Below are positions 62,601 through 64,000 of a DNA stretch of 64,000 nt, in pieces. The notes below the pieces were generated by a model. That model searched no databases. It saw nothing but the letters and a program-made list of their open reading frames with translations, and was not told the DNA's origin. The DNA lies in NCBI GenBank assembly GCA_036785375.1, contig JAWMAR010000165.1, positions 3,162,001 through 3,226,000 on the forward strand, written 5' to 3'. How positions within the stretch are numbered: position 1 is the first letter of the stretch; every line of letters begins with the position of its first letter. Source of the DNA: Leucoraja ocellata. Lineage: Eukaryota. The translations under genes and the position numbers were made by a program.

Positions 62601-62768
62601 ATCAACTGCGAGCGTGCCAACCCTGCGCACACCATCTCTCCATACCGGTGACTGGCCCTGGACCACACTCACTCACCTGGTTCCCGGCCTCCCCCCTGGG
62701 GCCTTGCTGCTGGTCGGTGGGCCCCGCTCCCGGCGTTCCCTGTTCCGGGAAAGCTGCGGTCTGCTGGC
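2468..62768 (-). CDS. COL16A1: Collagen alpha-1(XVI)-like FACIT collagen; multi-exon gene, 5' part outside the window
   Basis: 41-42 AG/GT-flanked exons, many of 36/45/54 nt, encode Gly-X-Y in a consistent phase. Segments follow recalled human COL16A1 in order: [62 protein letters not shown]-x4-C NC1. Ortholog versus paralog is not established. Confidence 0.8.
2985..3255 (-). mobile_element. HE1-like tRNA-derived SINE
   Basis: Pol III box-B-like ggctcgatcc head and body shared with more than 10 copies in the window. Confidence 0.7.
4616..4693 (-). CDS. COL16A1: Collagen exon, 78 nt
   Basis: [26 protein letters not shown]; ctcag|...|gtaag; phase 1-1. Confidence 0.92.
5121..5288 (-). CDS. COL16A1: Collagen exon, 168 nt (end of NC2 + start of COL1)
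   Basis: [56 protein letters not shown]; ttgcag|...|gtaga. Confidence 0.92.
5470..5900 (+). mobile_element. CR1 LINE 3' fragment
   Basis: [27 protein letters not shown] motif. Confidence 0.75.
5978..6270 (+). mobile_element. HE1-like SINE
   Basis: ggcagcacagtggtagagctgctg head; gtgtatgtggagtttgcatgttctccc core. Confidence 0.7.
7831..8080 (+). repeat. Four 63-bp tandem repeats (21-aa [21 protein letters not shown])
   Basis: Unit starts at 7831, 7894, 7957, 8020. Confidence 0.9.
8714..10459 (+). mobile_element. Internally deleted Gypsy-type LTR retrotransposon (gag + protease only)
   Basis: 217-bp LTRs 8714-8930 and 10243-10459 (TG..CA); PBS-like tggtgtc at 8931; PPT aagggaaagga 10232-10242; TSD gaggc/gaggg; gag [18 protein letters not shown]; protease LDTGA. 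Confidence 0.92.
10630..11457 (-). mobile_element. Tc1/mariner DNA transposon fragment (left TIR + transposase N-terminus)
   Basis: TA|cagtggcttgcaaaagtattcatacccc terminus at 11457; [27 protein letters not shown] transposase motif. Confidence 0.88.
12565..13080 (+). mobile_element. CR1 LINE 3' fragment
   Basis: ORF 12588-13037 [20 protein letters not shown]. Confidence 0.8.
13608..13870. repeat. C/A-rich low-complexity repeat
   Basis: (CA)n and CCCCA arrays. Confidence 0.9.
14324..14390 (-). CDS. COL16A1: Collagen exon, 67 nt (NC2 helix)
   Basis: [22 protein letters not shown]; cattag|...|gtaag; phase 0-1 fits both neighbours. Confidence 0.9.
14580..15210 (+). mobile_element. CR1 LINE fragment
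   Basis: Degraded [25 protein letters not shown] motifs. Confidence 0.75.
15230..15430 (-). CDS. COL16A1: Collagen exon, 201 nt
   Basis: [67 protein letters not shown]; AG/GT. Confidence 0.92.
15498..15795 (-). mobile_element. HE1-like SINE
   Basis: ggcacggtggcgcagcggtagag box A, ggttcgatcc box B. Confidence 0.8.
16570..16855 (-). mobile_element. HE1-like SINE
   Basis: Same head, body and tail as the other copies. Confidence 0.75.
16970..17620 (-). mobile_element. Old CR1 endonuclease-region fragment
   Basis: Degraded [21 protein letters not shown] (GDFN-like motif). Confidence 0.5.
18421..18465 (-). CDS. COL16A1: Collagen exon, 45 nt
   Basis: [15 protein letters not shown]; cttag|...|gtaag. 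Confidence 0.9.
19795..19830 (-). CDS. COL16A1: Collagen exon, 36 nt
   Basis: [12 protein letters not shown]; ttcag|...|gtaag. Confidence 0.9.
21775..21864 (-). CDS. COL16A1: Collagen exon, 90 nt
   Basis: [30 protein letters not shown]; AG/GT. Confidence 0.9.
22173..22223 (-). CDS. COL16A1: Collagen exon, 51 nt
   Basis: [17 protein letters not shown]; cccag|...|gtgag. Confidence 0.9.
22650..22945 (+). mobile_element. HE1-like SINE
   Basis: ggtagagctgctgcctcac...gggttcgatcc. Confidence 0.75.
23015..23068 (-). CDS. COL16A1: Collagen exon, 54 nt
   Basis: [18 protein letters not shown]; AG/GTGAG. Confidence 0.92.
23782..23835 (-). CDS. COL16A1: Collagen exon, 54 nt, with GC donor
   Basis: [18 protein letters not shown]; donor GAG|GCAAGT. 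Confidence 0.85.
23895..24350. repeat. Degenerate (TG)n tract followed by (CA)n tract
   Basis: TG-rich 23895-24110, CA-rich 24155-24350. Confidence 0.85.
24413..24457 (-). CDS. COL16A1: Collagen exon, 45 nt
   Basis: [15 protein letters not shown]; AG/GT. Confidence 0.9.
25067..25111 (-). CDS. COL16A1: Collagen exon, 45 nt
   Basis: [15 protein letters not shown]; AG/GTAAG. Confidence 0.9.
25195..25248 (-). CDS. COL16A1: Collagen exon, 54 nt
   Basis: [18 protein letters not shown]; AG/GT. Confidence 0.92.
25570..26970 (-). mobile_element. CR1 LINE reverse-transcriptase fragment
   Basis: [38 protein letters not shown]; gaaacata tail. Confidence 0.9.
27157..28318 (-). mobile_element. 5'-truncated L1 LINE with intact ORF2 C-terminus, poly(A) and 17-bp TSD
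   Basis: 259-aa ORF 27504-28283 with CDKC..H..C knuckle; poly(T) at ~27155-27168; TSD gtagaggagattaattt at 27140-27156 and 28319-28335. Confidence 0.9.
28555..28626 (-). CDS. COL16A1: Collagen exon, 72 nt
   Basis: [24 protein letters not shown]; AG/GTGAG. Confidence 0.92.
28711..28937. repeat. 20-bp minisatellite, ~11.3 copies (gttactggac[a/c]ccaccattt)
   Basis: Head-to-tail units starting 28711, 28731 ... 28931. Confidence 0.95.
28954..29016 (-). CDS. COL16A1: Collagen exon, 63 nt
   Basis: [21 protein letters not shown]; AG/GTAAG. Confidence 0.92.
30070..30105 (-). CDS. COL16A1: Collagen exon, 36 nt
   Basis: [12 protein letters not shown]; AG/GT. Confidence 0.9.
30180..30530. repeat. Degenerate ~30-35-bp minisatellite
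   Basis: Recurrent ccagac..ctggcatcagtaatgcccc. Confidence 0.7.
31122..31175 (-). CDS. COL16A1: Collagen exon, 54 nt
   Basis: [18 protein letters not shown]; AG/GT. Confidence 0.9.
31340..31830 (-). mobile_element. CR1 LINE 3' fragment
   Basis: [28 protein letters not shown]. Confidence 0.75.
32603..32647 (-). CDS. COL16A1: Collagen exon, 45 nt
   Basis: [15 protein letters not shown]; AG/GTGAG. Confidence 0.9.
33791..33844 (-). CDS. COL16A1: Collagen exon, 54 nt
   Basis: [18 protein letters not shown]; AG/GTAAG. Confidence 0.9.
33975..34340 (+). repeat. Abundant interspersed repeat (gaactgcagatgctgg..aactcagcgggtcaggcagcatc), possibly Penelope-derived
   Basis: Copies at ~3815, 16185, 21410, 24900, 32830, 33165, 40815, 43820, 45980; class uncertain. 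Confidence 0.55.
35004..36735 (-). mobile_element. Young 5'-truncated CR1 LINE (RT + 3' tail)
   Basis: [50 protein letters not shown]; (gaaacata)n tail; a few small indels. Confidence 0.93.
37113..37166 (-). CDS. COL16A1: Collagen exon, 54 nt
   Basis: [18 protein letters not shown]; AG/GTAAG. Confidence 0.9.
37459..37512 (-). CDS. COL16A1: Collagen exon, 54 nt
   Basis: [18 protein letters not shown]; AG/GTGAG. Confidence 0.9.
38282..38325 (-). CDS. COL16A1: Collagen exon, 44 nt as assembled (45 expected)
   Basis: Reads [15 protein letters not shown] if the G5 run at 38318-38322 is G6; ctgcag|...|gtgag. Confidence 0.8.
40370..40414 (-). CDS. COL16A1: Collagen exon, 45 nt
   Basis: [15 protein letters not shown]; AG/GTAAG. 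Confidence 0.9.
41225..41305 (-). CDS. COL16A1: Collagen exon, 81 nt
   Basis: [27 protein letters not shown]; ttccag|...|gtaag. Confidence 0.88.
41462..42322. mobile_element. Non-autonomous DNA transposon (MITE-like), 861 bp
   Basis: 16-bp imperfect TIRs taggtatgttacaaaa / ttttgtaacattgcta; flanking duplication cattgag; AT-rich interior with no ORF of 60 aa or more. Confidence 0.8.
42685..42728 (-). CDS. COL16A1: Non-collagenous exon, 44 nt as assembled (45 expected)
   Basis: Reads [15 protein letters not shown] if G4 at 42702-42705 is G5 (recalled human CFLSLERPRAEEAR); ccacag|...|gtatgt. Confidence 0.7.
43408..43524 (-). CDS. COL16A1: Cys-rich interruption exon, 117 nt (120 with NAGNAG)
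   Basis: [39 protein letters not shown]; CxxC; donor gtgag. Confidence 0.82.
45497..45541 (-). CDS. COL16A1: Probable non-collagenous exon, 45 nt
   Basis: [15 protein letters not shown]; tttcag|...AAG|gtaaa; phase 0; located where COL16A1 has a short NC exon. Confidence 0.6.
46445..46730 (+). mobile_element. HE1-like SINE
   Basis: Shared SINE head, core and tail. Confidence 0.7.
46888..46941 (-). CDS. COL16A1: Collagen exon, 54 nt
   Basis: [18 protein letters not shown]; AG/GTATGT. Confidence 0.88.
48303..48383 (-). CDS. COL16A1: Collagen exon, 81 nt
   Basis: [27 protein letters not shown]; AG/GT. Confidence 0.9.
48487..48546 (-). CDS. COL16A1: Interruption exon, 60 nt
   Basis: [20 protein letters not shown]; ccacag|...|gtgagt. 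Confidence 0.75.
48770..49260 (+). mobile_element. Rex1/Babar-like LINE 3' fragment
   Basis: [37 protein letters not shown]; related pieces at ~20295-20520, ~21065-21240, ~62860-63000. Confidence 0.75.
49562..49630 (-). CDS. COL16A1: CxC interruption exon, 69 nt
   Basis: [23 protein letters not shown] (recalled human GEPGECSCPSQG); ccacag|...|gtatgt. Confidence 0.75.
50701..50727 (-). CDS. COL16A1: Collagen micro-exon, 27 nt
   Basis: GATGLTGEK; tttcag|...|gtaagt. Confidence 0.85.
51292..53330 (+). mobile_element. DIRS1-like element, 5' part (left ITR, degraded gag, start of RT)
   Basis: Terminus ttttacttcagagtcacatgagtgactacgtgaagaaccc; gag homologous to the copy at 7438; RT-like remnant near 53150-53310. 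Confidence 0.7.
53860..54155 (+). mobile_element. HE1-like SINE
   Basis: Shared SINE sequence; further copies at ~45590-45850, 54745-55035, 56157-56295, 57520-57815, 60355-60630. Confidence 0.7.
54493..54546 (-). CDS. COL16A1: Collagen exon, 54 nt
   Basis: [18 protein letters not shown]; AG/GTAAG. Confidence 0.9.
55360..55428 (-). CDS. COL16A1: Collagen exon, 69 nt
   Basis: [23 protein letters not shown]; AG/GTGAG. Confidence 0.9.
55910..55963 (-). CDS. COL16A1: Collagen exon, 54 nt
   Basis: [18 protein letters not shown]; AG/GTAAG. Confidence 0.9.
56310..56795 (+). mobile_element. Tx1-clade non-LTR retrotransposon 3' end
   Basis: [43 protein letters not shown]; aataaa at ~56786. Confidence 0.75.
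56855..57500 (+). mobile_element. Old CR1 LINE fragment
   Basis: [14 protein letters not shown] motif. Confidence 0.7.
58337..58372 (-). CDS. COL16A1: Collagen exon, 36 nt
   Basis: [12 protein letters not shown]; AG/GTGAG. Confidence 0.88.
59024..59065 (-). CDS. COL16A1: Collagen exon, 42 nt
   Basis: [14 protein letters not shown]; AG/GTGAG. Confidence 0.88.
59163..59216 (-). CDS. COL16A1: Collagen exon, 54 nt
   Basis: [18 protein letters not shown]; AG/GTGAG. Confidence 0.9.
59250..59715. repeat. (CT)/(CA)/(CATA) low-complexity tract
   Basis: Direct inspection. Confidence 0.85.
59740..59862 (-). CDS. COL16A1: Collagen exon, 123 nt, with CxxC interruption
   Basis: [41 protein letters not shown] (recalled human GDPCEVCPTLPEGFQNFVGLPGKPG). 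Confidence 0.92.
60640..61880 (+). mobile_element. CR1 LINE RT fragment
   Basis: [40 protein letters not shown]. Confidence 0.85.
61940..62047 (-). CDS. COL16A1: Collagen exon, 108 nt
   Basis: [36 protein letters not shown]; AG/GTGAG. Confidence 0.92.
62677..62768 (-). CDS. Candidate exon, 92 nt (phase 1 to phase 0)
   Basis: cttcag|..[33 protein letters not shown]|GTGAGT; ends in Gly-X-Y and in phase with the 108-nt exon. Confidence 0.55.
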
Positions 62769-63083
62769 CTGAAGTGGAGGTGAAGCAAGCTCCGCACCCT
62801 TCACCCTGCCACACACACACACAGAAGAGGCATCAGAATGAAAGCCAACACAACCATCTACACTCCACCTTGCCTCGTTCATGCGTCCCACCCCGGTCCT
62901 TCCTTCTTATCTCCCCTCCCATCAGACAGAAGCTACAGAAGCTTGAACGCATGCACCACCAGACTCAGGAACAGCTTCTTCCCCACCGTTTTCAGTTCTG
63001 AACGGTACTGCCATAAGCTAGGGTATTGGTCCAATTCACCTCCAGCCCTTTTGCAGACATTGGACTTTGTCTATGGAACTGAT

Positions 63084-64000
63084 TTTTTTTTTATTTTTTT
63101 TTTTTAATTTCAAAATAGACTTTATTCATTGATAAATATATACAATTCCTGAACCATTCAAACAAACAAAATTCATCCGACATTTTCGGAGACTATACAA
63201 GTTTTTTCAGTACAATTTTTTTACATTTTTCAAATTTCACCAAACAGTCCCCCACCCGTGCCACTCATGTGGCCCCCTGGCGTGGGATACCTTCCCTTAA
63301 TTTAATTTGAGGGGCGTCTCCACCATACCGTGCCCCCCATGTCCAGCAGCGGAAGGACCCTAGACTGTGGTCCTCCCCCACCGAGCCTTGGCGTTGGCTG
63401 CACCAAGCTTCAGCGAGTCCCTTAGCACGTACTCCTGCAGTCTGCAGTCGGCAACATTCCCTGACGGACAGCTCGCTCTGCTGGGTGGTGAGCAACGCTC
63501 GGGCAGACCAAAGAGCGTCTTTGACCGAGTTGATGACCCTCCAGCAGCGCTCGATGTCAGTCTCTGAATGTGTCCCTGGGAACAGTCCGTAAATCACAGA
63601 GTCCTCTGTGACGGAGCTGTTCGGGATAAATCGTTCCAGGGACCCTTGCATACCTCTCCAGACTCTTTTTGCAAACCCACACTCTGCAAAGAGGTGGGCA
63701 ACCGTCTCCTCTCCACCGCAACCGTCCCGGGGGCAGCGTGAGCTGGTGGTGAGGTTCCGACGGTGCAGGAAGGATCTAACTGGGAGGGCTCCCCTCACCG
63801 CCAGCCAAGCCAGGTCTTGGTGCTTGTTGGTGAGTTCTGGCGATGAGGCATTTTGCCAGACAAGCTGGGCAGTCTGCTCTGGGAACCACGCCACCGGATC
63901 CATCGAGTCCTTTCCCTGCAGTGCCTGCAGGACATTCCGTGCTGACCACTGCCCGATGGACTTGTGGTCAAAGGTGTTGGTCCGGAAGAAGCTTTCCACA
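63084..64000 (-). mobile_element. Tx1-clade L1-like retrotransposon, ORF2 3' end with poly(A)
   Basis: ORF 63265-63999 HQDLAWLAVRGALPV..CPRDGCGGEETVAHLFAEC; poly(T) 63084-63105. Confidence 0.88.

Overview
Vertebrate genomic DNA, most likely from a cartilaginous fish (skate, ray or shark), judging by HE1-like tRNA-derived SINEs and abundant CR1 LINEs. The window holds the 3' part of one large minus-strand FACIT collagen gene resembling COL16A1. I mapped 41 exons plus 1 candidate by hand (about 970 codons, 62768 down to the stop at 2468). They encode Gly-X-Y runs interrupted by CxxC/CxC segments and end in an NC1 domain, GRCLPSQC...KGPSSWMN*. Introns are packed with CR1, L1/Tx1, Rex/Babar, DIRS1, Gypsy-LTR, Tc1, a MITE, SINEs and minisatellites. 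Main points of interest: a possibly shortened COL16-like architecture, a candidate alternative terminal exon, two 44-nt exons (probable homopolymer assembly errors), a GC-AG intron, a four-level nested transposon stack and a DIRS1 right end with its ICR/ITR structure intact. All homology statements come from recalled sequences, not from searches. Repeat boundaries are approximate unless a TSD or terminal repeat is cited.
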